A stretch of 64,000 nucleotides of DNA. Source: Thermotogota bacterium (GTDB lineage: Bacteria; Thermotogota; Thermotogae; MWEM01). The stretch is from assembly GCA_036743375.1 (NCBI GenBank), contig DAINPP010000002.1:74757-138756 (forward strand). The letters run 5' to 3'. The notes under the pieces were generated by a model. It did no database searches, was not told where the DNA came from, and saw only the letters and a program-made list of their open reading frames with translations. The position numbers were made by a program, and so were the translations under genes. This document shows positions 48,197 through 58,106 of this stretch, piece by piece. How positions within the stretch are numbered: position 1 is the stretch's first letter; the number at the start of each line of letters is the position of its first letter.

Positions 48197-49221
48197 AAAC
48201 AAATATCAGGGAAATCGCAAAGCAGGCGGGGATGTCAACAACTACCATATCAAGGTATTTCAATCACCCGGAAAAGCTCTCGGACAAGACGAGAGAGAAG
48301 ATCAAAAAGATCATCACAAAATACGGATTCTTCCCGAATGAACTCGCCAGGGGACTCAGGAGCAAGAGGAAGAACCTCGTGGCCGTCATCCTCGAAAAGG
48401 ACCGTGAGACTTTCCTGGCCTTTCCATATTTTTCTATCTTTTCCGCCAGTCTTCTGAACGTTCTCTCCCGTGAAAAAATTTACATGATCACCACATTTGA
48501 GGAGTCGGAGAAAAAACCGCATATCACCTATCGCGGCTTTGTTCAGAAGAATCTTGTAGACGGCTTTATCGTAATGGGAATGAGGGAGGATGACAAACGG
48601 ATCAAATTTCTACTCGAACACAATGAGCATTTCGTGACAATAGGCAGAAACCGGAAGGCAAAAAATTATACCTATGTAGATTGCGATAACGTACAGGGCG
48701 GATTTCTTGCGACAAATCATTTGATCGGCCTTGGCTGTAAAAGGATCCTGATGCTTGGCGGATACAGGGATAATTACGATATGCAGATGCGGCTTGACGG
48801 GTATAAGAACGCACTCGAAGGGGCTTCGATTCCATACGATGAGGAATTGGTGCTTGCGGGGGATTTTACGAGTCTCGTCCTCGAACATCCGGATCAGCAG
48901 TTCGCCTCTTACGATGTGCTGAAAAATGTCATTCTGGAGAAGAAAGTCGATGCGGTGTTCTGCACATCGGATGTTTCAGCGATAGGCATACTTAAATTAC
49001 TGAAATATCAGAAGATAGACATACCGGTGGTGGGGTTTGATGACATACCACTTGCCATGATGTATGATCCAACCATCACGACCATCAGACAACCTATCAA
49101 ACAGATTGCGGAAAAGGCAGGAGAAAAACTGATCGAAAAGATCAACGGCAACGGGGTTCAATCGGAGGAATTACCGGTTGAATTGATTATCAGGGAGTCT
49201 ACGGCAAAGTTTATGAAATAG
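48193..49221 (+). CDS. LacI-family transcriptional regulator, probable non-canonical CTG start overlapping the GH65 stop (the canonical ATG at 48232 would truncate the HTH)
   Basis: The frame is open from 48187. The in-frame translation (L)KTNIREIAKQAGMSTTTISR matches the LacI N-terminal HTH, then the periplasmic-binding-fold effector domain. Confidence 0.65.
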   Translation: MKTNIREIAKQAGMSTTTISRYFNHPEKLSDKTREKIKKIITKYGFFPNELARGLRSKRKNLVAVILEKDRETFLAFPYFSIFSASLLNVLSREKIYMITTFEESEKKPHITYRGFVQKNLVDGFIVMGMREDDKRIKFLLEHNEHFVTIGRNRKAKNYTYVDCDNVQGGFLATNHLIGLGCKRILMLGGYRDNYDMQMRLDGYKNALEGASIPYDEELVLAGDFTSLVLEHPDQQFASYDVLKNVILEKKVDAVFCTSDVSAIGILKLLKYQKIDIPVVGFDDIPLAMMYDPTITTIRQPIKQIAEKAGEKLIEKINGNGVQSEELPVELIIRESTAKFMK

Positions 49222-49274
49222 ATCGTTAATCTATCAAGGGTCTTTGTTCAGGCCCGGAAAGGGAGGAGTCATTT

Positions 49275-50486
49275 ATGAAAAAGAGTTTGTTAATTGTAGT
49301 GGTTGTTCTTTTCGTATCGGTTTGTGCTTTTGCGAAAACACAGATAAGGGTTTCAGGTTGGGGGAATACAACGGAAGAGGCCGCCCTTCAGGAAATGGTC
49401 GACGTCTTTAATGCCAGCCAGGATGAGATAGAAGCCGTATGGGAACCGATTCCGGATTTCTCAAAGCAGATTAAGGTACTTCTGTCCGCCGGAACCGCAC
49501 CGGATGTATTTTTCTGCGATATTGCATGGTTCCCGGAACTTGCCGGACAGAATGCCTTTTTACCGCTTGATCTTTACATCAAAAAGGAAAACTATGATGT
49601 AGAAGCCTTCTACACCCCGCTCGTAGACGCCTTCAAAATGAACGGCAGACTCTACGGCCTGCCAAAAGACTTCTCAACTCTGTCACTTTTTTACAACAAG
49701 GCCATCTTCGATCAGTATGATGTAGAATACCCGGAAGGCCAGATGTCATGGGACAGACTTCTCGAAATCTGTGAAGAATTCAAATCCAAGGGCTATGACA
49801 CACCGCTTACAGTTGCCGCTGACTTTAACAGAGTGATTCCCTTCATCAAATCAAACGGGGGAGAACTTGTCACTGAAGATCTCAACACGGCTATCACAGA
49901 GCCGGCAGCAAGAGAAGGGATAGAATTCTATTGTGATCTCGTGAACAGATACCAGGTGGCACAGGAACCGGCAAACGTTGGTGGAGAATGGATCGGCGAC
50001 GCTTTCGGCAAGGAAAAGGTGGCAATGGCCATGACAGGACCATGGACACTTGGTGTACTCAGAGAACAGTTTCCGAATGTAATGGCGAATACAGGTGTCG
50101 TAGAAATGCCGATGCAGAAGGAGCCGGCAACGATGATCTATACGGTTTCATGGACAATCAACAGAAACACACAGCATAAAGAAGCGGCATGGGAATTACT
50201 GAAGTTCATGACGGATGCCGGACAGCAAATCTTTGTCGACAGAACGGGGGTTCTCGCTTCGAGAAAATCCATCGCAGACAATGATACAGATCCTATGAAG
50301 AAGGCCTTCTATGATGGAGCGGCTTACGGTACACCGTGGTCAGTTCCTACTCCATCCGGTGTGTTTGCCGAGGCAAATGATCAGATCAACAGCAGACTGA
50401 AGGATCTTTTCTACGGAAAGATCACCTATGACCAGGCTTTTGAAGAGATCAAAGACCATTACATGAGCTGGGTAACAGCGGAATAA
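49275..50486 (+). CDS. Sugar ABC transporter substrate-binding protein (family 1), secreted
   Basis: Signal peptide MKKSLLIVVVVLFVSVCAFA. SBP_bac_1-like. GGGAGG SD. Confidence 0.8.
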   Translation: MKKSLLIVVVVLFVSVCAFAKTQIRVSGWGNTTEEAALQEMVDVFNASQDEIEAVWEPIPDFSKQIKVLLSAGTAPDVFFCDIAWFPELAGQNAFLPLDLYIKKENYDVEAFYTPLVDAFKMNGRLYGLPKDFSTLSLFYNKAIFDQYDVEYPEGQMSWDRLLEICEEFKSKGYDTPLTVAADFNRVIPFIKSNGGELVTEDLNTAITEPAAREGIEFYCDLVNRYQVAQEPANVGGEWIGDAFGKEKVAMAMTGPWTLGVLREQFPNVMANTGVVEMPMQKEPATMIYTVSWTINRNTQHKEAAWELLKFMTDAGQQIFVDRTGVLASRKSIADNDTDPMKKAFYDGAAYGTPWSVPTPSGVFAEANDQINSRLKDLFYGKITYDQAFEEIKDHYMSWVTAE

Positions 50487-50509
50487 TCTTCTTTTCCCGC
50501 CTCTTCAAG

Positions 50510-50547
50510 AGCTGCAGGGACTGAATTTAAAATCTGTCCCTGCAGCT
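50510..50547 (+). other. Intercistronic 12-bp stem-loop between the sugar SBP and the first permease gene (a candidate mRNA stabiliser or partial terminator)
   Basis: agctgcagggac-tgaatttaaaatct-gtccctgcagct, with no U-tract. Confidence 0.5.
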
Positions 50548-50572
50548 GTTACCGTTAAAACTCATTCACGAG

Positions 50573-51733
50573 GTGAAAAACATGCTTTTAAAGGCAAAAA
50601 CCAGAGAAGCCCTGATCGGTTATCTTTTTGCCGCCCCAATCATCCTGTCCGTTCTAATGTTTGAATTCTATCCGATCATAACGGCGGTCTTTTACAGTTT
50701 TACACAGTATCAGCCTTTGCAGGCGCAGCAATTGAATAATACGATTGTTCCCGAAGACACACTCAGCATGAATCTGATGGTGTTTCCCGATGAACCGGGA
50801 CTGACGGTAGAAAGTCTCCAAGATGATTTTGACCTGGAGTTTTTTATAGAAACAGATGTCGGTATAACGTTAAGTGAGCGGCAGCGAGAGGCATTACAGT
50901 ATTTTAATACCGAAAGACTACTTACAGATTTTCTCGAGGGAAAATTGAAAGAGGAGGTTTCTATAAAAGACTTCATGTCTGTCTATCTGAAGCGGGAAGC
51001 CAATCTATTTGTTAAATATAAACCAAAAATAGTTGGCCTGGAAAACTTTGCCAAATTGCTTGACGATCAGTACTTCTGGTTATCCCTGAAAAACACGGTC
51101 GTTTATACGGCTATCGTTGTCCCGATACAGACCTTCCTCGCGGTAATTCTCGCCGTCGTTGCCAATCGGGGAATAAAGGGACGGCAGCTCTTTAAGATCA
51201 TCTTTTTTCTCCCGGCCGTTACATCATCTGCGGCACTTTCGATGATCTTTAAGCTGATCTATGCAAAGCCAGGTGTTCTGAATAAACTGCTGAATCTGTC
51301 GGTGGATTGGTTGCAGAATCCATCGACTGCCCTGATCGCGATCATGATTATGAATATATGGAGTACGGCCGGCTATTTTATGGTAACGTATCTTGCCGGA
51401 CTTCAGAATATTCCAAAATCCCTTTACGAGGCATCCGAGATAGACGGGGCGAATTTCCGGACCAGGTTTACGAAGATCACCCTGCCGCTGTTGAGGCCAC
51501 AAATTCTGTTTGTTTCTACAATGGGAATCATCGGGTGTATGCAGGTCTTTGATCAGATCTATTTCCTGATCAAAAACATGAGAAACATCACACTCGCCTT
51601 TTATATTTACCGTAATGCATTCGAGTATTCAAAGATGGGGTATGCCTCAGCCCTTTCCATGGTCCTCTTTGCACTGATCCTGATCATCACCTTCGCTCAG
51701 AAAAAATTTATCAAAGAGGAATCTTATTTTTAA
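50573..51733 (+). CDS. Sugar ABC transporter permease (MalF-like, with a long N-terminal periplasmic loop)
   Basis: EAA-type motif region ...ASEIDGANFRTRFTKITLPLL. Confidence 0.8.
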   Translation: MKNMLLKAKTREALIGYLFAAPIILSVLMFEFYPIITAVFYSFTQYQPLQAQQLNNTIVPEDTLSMNLMVFPDEPGLTVESLQDDFDLEFFIETDVGITLSERQREALQYFNTERLLTDFLEGKLKEEVSIKDFMSVYLKREANLFVKYKPKIVGLENFAKLLDDQYFWLSLKNTVVYTAIVVPIQTFLAVILAVVANRGIKGRQLFKIIFFLPAVTSSAALSMIFKLIYAKPGVLNKLLNLSVDWLQNPSTALIAIMIMNIWSTAGYFMVTYLAGLQNIPKSLYEASEIDGANFRTRFTKITLPLLRPQILFVSTMGIIGCMQVFDQIYFLIKNMRNITLAFYIYRNAFEYSKMGYASALSMVLFALILIITFAQKKFIKEESYF

Positions 51734-51745
51734 GGGGGGGTTGAA

Positions 51746-52633
51746 ATGAGCTTGAATAAAAAATTCAGGATGAGTCTTATTGCAGCCTACATCGTTTTAA
51801 TCGGTTACTGTGTTCTGACCTTATTCCCGTTTTTATGGTCGATGTCCGTTTCGCTGACACCGATGACTTATGAAAATGATCAGGGGGTTAGGGTTGGGGT
51901 AGATATCATGAAGTGGCCCCCGGGAATCAACCTCTTTAAGTTTGAATTCTTTAACGCACCGGGTACCTTTGAGAATTATGTAGAGGTCTTTAAACTCGTC
52001 CCATTCGCGAGATGGATTCTGAACACGGTTATTTACGCGGTAGTTGTTACACTTGGGAATATTTTTCTCGATGCACTGGGCGGGTATGCATTTGCCCGGC
52101 TGAAATTTCCGCTGAAGAATTTCTGGTTCACCTGTTTTCTCGCAACCCTGATGCTGCCGATGCACGTGAAGATGATTCCGATGTACAACATGATGGTGGA
52201 TTATGGTCTTGTCAACACGTATTGGGGCTTGTTTGTTCCGAAATTGACACAGGTGTTCGGGCTGTTCATGATGCGGCAGTTCTTTATGGGATTGCCGATA
52301 TCGGTCGAAGAAGCGGCAAAGCTTGACGGTGCAAGCATCTTTACGACCTTTTTCAAGATCATTCTGCCGATGACAAAACCCGCCATCGCAGCCCTTTCCA
52401 TCTATGTCTTCATGGGAACCTGGAATGATTTTCTGTGGCCGCTGCTGATGACGAGTAAAAAGGAGATGTTCACGTTGACGATGGGACTGAATTTTTTCAA
52501 CGGGACTTATTACACCTACTGGCAGTTTATGATGGCGGCTTCCATCATGATTACGCTCCCCATGATCGCAATCTTCATTTCTTTCCAGAAGCAATTTATC
52601 GACAGCGGTATAACGGCCGGAGTGAAAGGATAA
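51746..52633 (+). CDS. Sugar ABC transporter permease (MalG-like)
   Basis: EAA motif EEAAKLDGASIFTTFFKIILPMTKP. Confidence 0.8.
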   Translation: MSLNKKFRMSLIAAYIVLIGYCVLTLFPFLWSMSVSLTPMTYENDQGVRVGVDIMKWPPGINLFKFEFFNAPGTFENYVEVFKLVPFARWILNTVIYAVVVTLGNIFLDALGGYAFARLKFPLKNFWFTCFLATLMLPMHVKMIPMYNMMVDYGLVNTYWGLFVPKLTQVFGLFMMRQFFMGLPISVEEAAKLDGASIFTTFFKIILPMTKPAIAALSIYVFMGTWNDFLWPLLMTSKKEMFTLTMGLNFFNGTYYTYWQFMMAASIMITLPMIAIFISFQKQFIDSGITAGVKG

Positions 52634-52660
52634 AGGGGAGTCATAATGACTCCCCTTTCC
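52633..52660 (+). terminator. Hairpin after the sugar ABC operon, with a weak U-tract
   Basis: aaggggagtca-taa-tgactcccctt, then tccgcttta. Confidence 0.45.
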
Positions 52661-52800
52661 GCTTTATCTCGCTGTCCCAATAGCTAATGACCTTTTTTAT
52701 CCGTATAAATTGACTTTTACCTATCTTTCGCAATGCTTAAAAGGATAAAAGGATATTTTTTTCGTCTAAAAATTAAAGAGATCTTGTCCGGAGATGACCT

Positions 52801-53292
52801 ATGAAAAAGATGACAATGATTTGTGTTCTATGCCTTTTTTTACTCACAGTGATGAATAGTTTCGCATCCGAAAAATACCTCACCCTTGGAGAAGTGCGGG
52901 ATGATTTTATGTCTTATGTCAACGAATACCGAAAGGGCCATGCACTTCCTCCCTTGATGATTAAATATATTTCCGTAGCACAAGATTTTACCGAAGAACA
53001 GGCTGAAAGAGACAGATATCTGGCACACAGGGGATTTAACGATAGAGCACAAATGATAAAAAAGGCAACGGACAATGATCTTTTTAAAACAGGGGAAAGA
53101 TCTAATAGTTTCTCGGTATATGAAAATTGTTGCTGGTTTACGATTTGCAGTGATCCGGCGAAAAAGGCCTTTGATCTCTTTGTTGAGAGTTCCGGGCATC
53201 GGAAGAATATGTTGAAGAAAACGACCTATACCTCGATAGGAATCGCGCAAAGTGAATCGGGCACCTTTTATTTCTGTCAGTTATTCTTTTAA
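52801..53292 (+). CDS. Secreted CAP/SCP-domain protein (YkwD-like)
   Basis: Signal peptide. VNEYRKGHALPPL...SSGHRKNML...YTSIGIA...YFCQLF resemble CAP-domain blocks. Confidence 0.55.
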   Translation: MKKMTMICVLCLFLLTVMNSFASEKYLTLGEVRDDFMSYVNEYRKGHALPPLMIKYISVAQDFTEEQAERDRYLAHRGFNDRAQMIKKATDNDLFKTGERSNSFSVYENCCWFTICSDPAKKAFDLFVESSGHRKNMLKKTTYTSIGIAQSESGTFYFCQLFF

Positions 53293-53529
53293 TAAGGGAA
53301 ATGACAAGAAGACCAATCACATTTATCGTGTTACATTAGATTATTGTAGGAAAACGGGAACTGACTTAACATATTCTTTAATTCTGTGTTTACAGAACGA
53401 GATCATTTTGTTTAACCTTTTAGGATATAATTTATTCACGGAACTAATAACGGCGAAAAAAGATAGACTAACGAGATAAATTTCAAATAAAATATCAGGG
53501 AAGCCATATCCCGAAAAACCAACGGTCAG

Positions 53530-55380
53530 GTGATTACTTTGAGTGATTTCAGAGGGAAGATGACACGATTTGTGTTTATCATATTATCCATTTTTTTTCT
53601 GAGTGTCCTGGTGATCATTTTTCTTATTCAAAGGGAAAATGCGATTCGGCAATTTGAAGATAATGTGGAATGGATCAGTAAGGCGGTCGAGATGAGTGTC
53701 AAGGAGCCCTTATGGAATCTTGACAAGACCGTTCTCGAAGAAAATTTCAATTCCTTTCTGAACATAGATTCCGTAAAGAAACTCACGGTGAAGGAAAATT
53801 TCGGTTTTCTGGAGATAGAAACGGGCGAAATGCCCCCTGAAGATAAGGTGCTGATTATAGAACGACAAATCAACCATAACGATAAAGATTTGGGAATTGT
53901 AACTATCTATTTTACCTATGAAATTCTTGATCAGGAGATCTATTCGAATCTTTTTTCCGCAGTTATTCAGGTTCTGTTTATCTTTGTTGCCCTGATTATC
54001 ATATTGAATGGTATCTCGAAGATGTACCTCAGACCACTTGAGAATCTCGGCAGGATCATCCGGAATTTTGATCTTGAAAACCCCTCTACCGATCTGACGG
54101 ATATGAATCCGGATCACGTTGCAGAAGTGGATAATGTCATAAAAAGTTTCAGGAAGATGTCTGAAGAGATCGCCGCCGGTTATGAACAACTTGAGGCGTC
54201 CAATAAAACCCTTGAGGAATTAAACAATGAATTGAATGTAAAAAACAAGGAAAACGAACTGTTAACGGATAAACTCAACAGGATCATCAACCTCGCTGAT
54301 AAATTCAAGGATTCACTGCAGATGAGTGATCAGGAATTTATGATCAATCTTTTCAGGAATTCGCTGAAGATCATTGACGAAGCAGATTATGGTACGGTTT
54401 ACCTGTTTACTGACAAATATGTTGAATTCATCGATGCAGAAGGCCATGATCTAAACTTATTAAAGAAATCGAAGATTCCAAATGAATATTTTATCAAGAA
54501 TACCAGAGAAACAATTGTCAGAAAAAATATTCTGAACGATGCACGGGCCTATATCAAGGATGAAAGAGATCTGCAGGTCATCTTAGATGCATCAAGACCG
54601 ATCAAGGAAACACTCTTTTTTGAACTCTATATCGATGAAAGGCCTTATGGCGGTGTCTGCCTCGATATCGACGGGGAATCCGACAAGACTTATTCAAAGG
54701 AATCCATTCAGGCGATGAACGCATTCAGAAATCTTACGGTTGCGTTTTATCAGGTTCAGCGGTACGGAAAATTCAAGAGTGATTTTACAAAGGATCTTGT
54801 TGTTTCAATCACACAGATGCTTGAGATTCACGATAAGTATACGAGAGGACATTCGGGTAACGTTGCCGATCTGACCGTCAGAATAGCCGAAGAACTTCAT
54901 CTCGATAAAAAGACGATAGACAGGGCTTACTGGGCCGGACTGGTACACGATATCGGAAAGATTCTCGTCTCGGATATCATTCTGAATAAAGCGGGAAAAC
55001 TGACCGATGAAGAGTATAACCTGATCAAGCAGCATCCTGTCTGGGGGTACCAGACCCTGATGAATTCAAACAAACTGAGTGATATGGCTATCTATGTCCT
55101 GCATCACCATGAACGCTGGGACGGTAAAGGCTATCCGCACGGAATCAGCGGAATTACGATCCCCCTTATCTCACGAATTATCGCAGTAGCCGATACATGG
55201 GACGCCATGACCTCCGACAGATCATATCGAAGGCCATTGGATTATGATATTGCCCTTCAGGAGATTAAAAAGAACGCGGGATCACAGTTTGACCCGCATA
55301 TCGTTGATGCCTTTCTCGAAATTGAAACATCGGGAGAATTGAGGATATTTTATGATAAAAACGAAAAGCGGGAAGAGTGA
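53530..55380 (+). CDS. Membrane-anchored HD-GYP domain phosphodiesterase (2 TM, extracytoplasmic sensor, HAMP/coiled coil, GAF-like region, HD-GYP)
   Basis: HD motif HSGNVADL...LVHDIGKI and HHERWDGKGYP (GYP). Confidence 0.8.
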   Translation: MITLSDFRGKMTRFVFIILSIFFLSVLVIIFLIQRENAIRQFEDNVEWISKAVEMSVKEPLWNLDKTVLEENFNSFLNIDSVKKLTVKENFGFLEIETGEMPPEDKVLIIERQINHNDKDLGIVTIYFTYEILDQEIYSNLFSAVIQVLFIFVALIIILNGISKMYLRPLENLGRIIRNFDLENPSTDLTDMNPDHVAEVDNVIKSFRKMSEEIAAGYEQLEASNKTLEELNNELNVKNKENELLTDKLNRIINLADKFKDSLQMSDQEFMINLFRNSLKIIDEADYGTVYLFTDKYVEFIDAEGHDLNLLKKSKIPNEYFIKNTRETIVRKNILNDARAYIKDERDLQVILDASRPIKETLFFELYIDERPYGGVCLDIDGESDKTYSKESIQAMNAFRNLTVAFYQVQRYGKFKSDFTKDLVVSITQMLEIHDKYTRGHSGNVADLTVRIAEELHLDKKTIDRAYWAGLVHDIGKILVSDIILNKAGKLTDEEYNLIKQHPVWGYQTLMNSNKLSDMAIYVLHHHERWDGKGYPHGISGITIPLISRIIAVADTWDAMTSDRSYRRPLDYDIALQEIKKNAGSQFDPHIVDAFLEIETSGELRIFYDKNEKREE

Positions 55381-55525
55381 GCCAAACTATCGCCACTAAA
55401 CGAATAGAAGAAATTGTTTTTTAAATTCCTTGATGCAGGGCTTAATCGTTTCTGCATTTTCTTTTGTTGATTCATGGTAAAATAAAGATGCCGGAACTCA
55501 ATGATTTGAAAGGAGGGTGTTTTTT

Positions 55526-56608
55526 TTGTACGGACAAGCTCCGGGAAGAGCGAATATAATAGGTGAACACGTTGATTATAATGATGGCTATATCATGCCG
55601 TTTGCGATTGACAAGGTAACAAGGGTGACCGTAGAAGAATCAAAAGGTGATGAGTTCATAATCGGTTCAAAGGGATTTGACAAAAGAATTATAGCCAAAG
55701 ATGAAATGATGAGAAATACGGGTGACTGGACCGATTATATAAAAGGGGCCTACATGATCCTGACCGCTACCTTGAATTTGGATATCCCCCCCCTGATCAT
55801 AGAAGTCGAATCGAATGTACCTCTTGGTGCGGGACTTTCAAGCAGCGCAGCCATAGAAGTGGCTACCTTGATTGCCCTGTCAGGTTATATGGGAATAGAA
55901 CTGGACAAGAGAAATTTATACACAATGGCACAAACCGTTGAGCATAAATTTGTCGGTGTCATGTGTGGGATCATGGACCAGTTTATCTCGGTGATGGGGG
56001 CAAGGGACAAGGCGGTCTTTCTCGACACCATGACGATGGAATATGAATATGTTGATCTGAATATGGAGGGGGCAGCGTTTTATATCATCAACTCAAACGT
56101 AAAACATTCTCTTGATGATGGAGATTACAATATCAGAAGAGAACAGTGTGAAAGTGCCCTGAAAAAACTGTCTCTCAACTCGTACAGAGAACTGACGACC
56201 GATGATCTTGAAGAAAATAAGACTCTTCTTTCAGAGATCGAATACAAGAGGGTTAGACATGTACTGACGGAAAACATGAGGGTGCTGGCCTGTAAGGATG
56301 CCCTGTCGTCCGGTAACCTCCAGGAAGCCGGAAAACTTCTTTATCAGACACATCTAAGCCTGAGGGATGATTATGAATGCAGTTGTGTGGAGATTGATTT
56401 TCTTGTCAATGAATTCATGAAAAGGGATGAAGTTTATGGGGCAAGGATTATGGGAGGCGGTTTTGGCGGCAGTCTGATCCTTCTTGCGGATGAATCGTTT
56501 AAACCTGAATTTCTCGGCAAATTAAATCGGTCCTATAAAGAAAAATACGGTACCGGGTTTGATGTCTACCAGGTCCGACCGGCGGAAGGGGCAAAGTTTG
56601 TTAAATAA
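55526..56608 (+). CDS. galK: Galactokinase (GHMP kinase family)
   Basis: TTG start 9 nt after an AGGAGG SD. Galactokinase signature APGRANIIGEHVDYNDGY and GHMP motif PLGAGLSSSAA. Confidence 0.8.
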   Translation: MYGQAPGRANIIGEHVDYNDGYIMPFAIDKVTRVTVEESKGDEFIIGSKGFDKRIIAKDEMMRNTGDWTDYIKGAYMILTATLNLDIPPLIIEVESNVPLGAGLSSSAAIEVATLIALSGYMGIELDKRNLYTMAQTVEHKFVGVMCGIMDQFISVMGARDKAVFLDTMTMEYEYVDLNMEGAAFYIINSNVKHSLDDGDYNIRREQCESALKKLSLNSYRELTTDDLEENKTLLSEIEYKRVRHVLTENMRVLACKDALSSGNLQEAGKLLYQTHLSLRDDYECSCVEIDFLVNEFMKRDEVYGARIMGGGFGGSLILLADESFKPEFLGKLNRSYKEKYGTGFDVYQVRPAEGAKFVK

Positions 56609-56654
56609 ACAGACTGAAATACTTTCTGTGATCAACGAGATTAAAGATGATATA

Positions 56655-57596
56655 ATGAAAACGGTAACCTGCTATCCTTTGCTTATAGGATTTTCGGGTG
56701 GTCTTGATTCTACCGCTCTGTCTTATCTTGCCGTCGATGCAATAGGGAAAGAGCATGTAAAACTGATTCATGTAATATACGGTCCTTATACCTACTCAAA
56801 GACACTGGAAAATGTACTGAAGACAGCGGATGATATCGGTGTCGAGCTTTGTTTTGTGGATATGAGAACAACACAGGAAAAGGTTTTAAAAAATGGTCCG
56901 GGATGCAATCGCTGCACCAAAGCGGTGAAGATAGCCGGCGTGAAGAGTTGTATCCAAGCTGAGAATCAGCTGATGGCTACGGGTGCCAATCAATCGGACA
57001 GCTGGGGAGAATACGGTTTTAAGGTGTTGAACGGTGTGTATGCCCCCTTTCTAAAATTGAACAAGGATGAAATAAACGGTATTCTTGCGTATTATGATGT
57101 TGAACGAACCCGGGTAAAGATTGGCGAATCGGCGTACAGAGAAGGTTGTAAGGCGAAGCATCTGCTGAAGATGATGGCATCACCGAAGTATCATGGACAT
57201 TGTGTGAGTCTGGCGAATGAGATCCTGCTCGATATCCTGGAGGACGCCGGATTTTCAGCTGAGTTGGCAAATGTCAAGATAGTGGGACCGCTTGGAAGGA
57301 ATATCGGTCTGATAAACATCAAACCCCTTCCGGAAAAACAGCTGACTGATGAGATCGTCAGGCGACTTGAGCACATAGATACACTGGATGAGGTTCTGCT
57401 CGTGGATAAACCACTCGAACTGAAGGTAATCGCCAACCCTTCCATATACAGATCGGAAAAGGCGCGCGCCGGTGTGGCGGAAGGTTTTCTCGGCAGAGAA
57501 TTCGCACAGCCAATAACCTGCCGATGGTTGGAAAGCCCAAATAACAAATTGAATACCTATCATGTAGTCGAAGCGAGGAAAATGGAGGATAAGTGA
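56655..57596 (+). CDS. PP-loop ATP pyrophosphatase superfamily protein (adenine nucleotide alpha-hydrolase; LarE/QueC-like)
   Basis: PP-loop SGGLDS in LIGFSGGLDSTAL, and a CxxC (GPGCNRCTK). The start is uncertain; in-frame ATGs at 56559 and 56562 would overlap galK. Confidence 0.5.
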   Translation: MKTVTCYPLLIGFSGGLDSTALSYLAVDAIGKEHVKLIHVIYGPYTYSKTLENVLKTADDIGVELCFVDMRTTQEKVLKNGPGCNRCTKAVKIAGVKSCIQAENQLMATGANQSDSWGEYGFKVLNGVYAPFLKLNKDEINGILAYYDVERTRVKIGESAYREGCKAKHLLKMMASPKYHGHCVSLANEILLDILEDAGFSAELANVKIVGPLGRNIGLINIKPLPEKQLTDEIVRRLEHIDTLDEVLLVDKPLELKVIANPSIYRSEKARAGVAEGFLGREFAQPITCRWLESPNNKLNTYHVVEARKMEDK

Positions 57597-58105
57597 TGAT
57601 CATAAAATACAGAGGAAAAGCACCCGTTATTCATAAGGATGCATTTGTGGCTCCCAATGCAACTATTATAGGCGATGTTCTGATTGAAGAAGGCGCCAGT
57701 ATCTGGTATGGAGCTGTACTGAGAGGAGATATGGCCCCGATACGAATAGGGAAGAATTCAAATATACAGGATAACGCAACCGTTCATACGGATTCGGATA
57801 AACCCTCTATAATCGGGGAAAATGTGACGGTAGGACATAATGCGGTGATTCACGGATGCACCGTCGAAGATAATGCATTGATCGGAATAGGGGCAATTAT
57901 CCTGAACAACGCGATTGTTAATTCCGGAGTAGTTGTCGCGGCGGCGTCCCTCGTCAAGGAGAATTCAGTCTGTGAAAAATCAACACTGGTTGCAGGTGTA
58001 CCGGCAACTACAAAAAAGACACTGGAGAACTCCGAGGAGCACCTGAGACAACATGCAATGAAATATGTAACACTCGCGAAAGAACATGCAAGGGAAATCG
58101 ATTGA
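57593..58105 (+). CDS. Gamma-class carbonic-anhydrase-like hexapeptide-repeat protein (PaaY/YrdA family)
   Basis: Left-handed beta-helix hexapeptides, starting ...KAPVIHKDAFVAPNATIIGDVLIEEGASIWYGAVLRGD. Its ATG overlaps the upstream stop. Confidence 0.75.
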   Translation: MMIIKYRGKAPVIHKDAFVAPNATIIGDVLIEEGASIWYGAVLRGDMAPIRIGKNSNIQDNATVHTDSDKPSIIGENVTVGHNAVIHGCTVEDNALIGIGAIILNNAIVNSGVVVAAASLVKENSVCEKSTLVAGVPATTKKTLENSEEHLRQHAMKYVTLAKEHAREID

Positions 58106-58106
58106 C

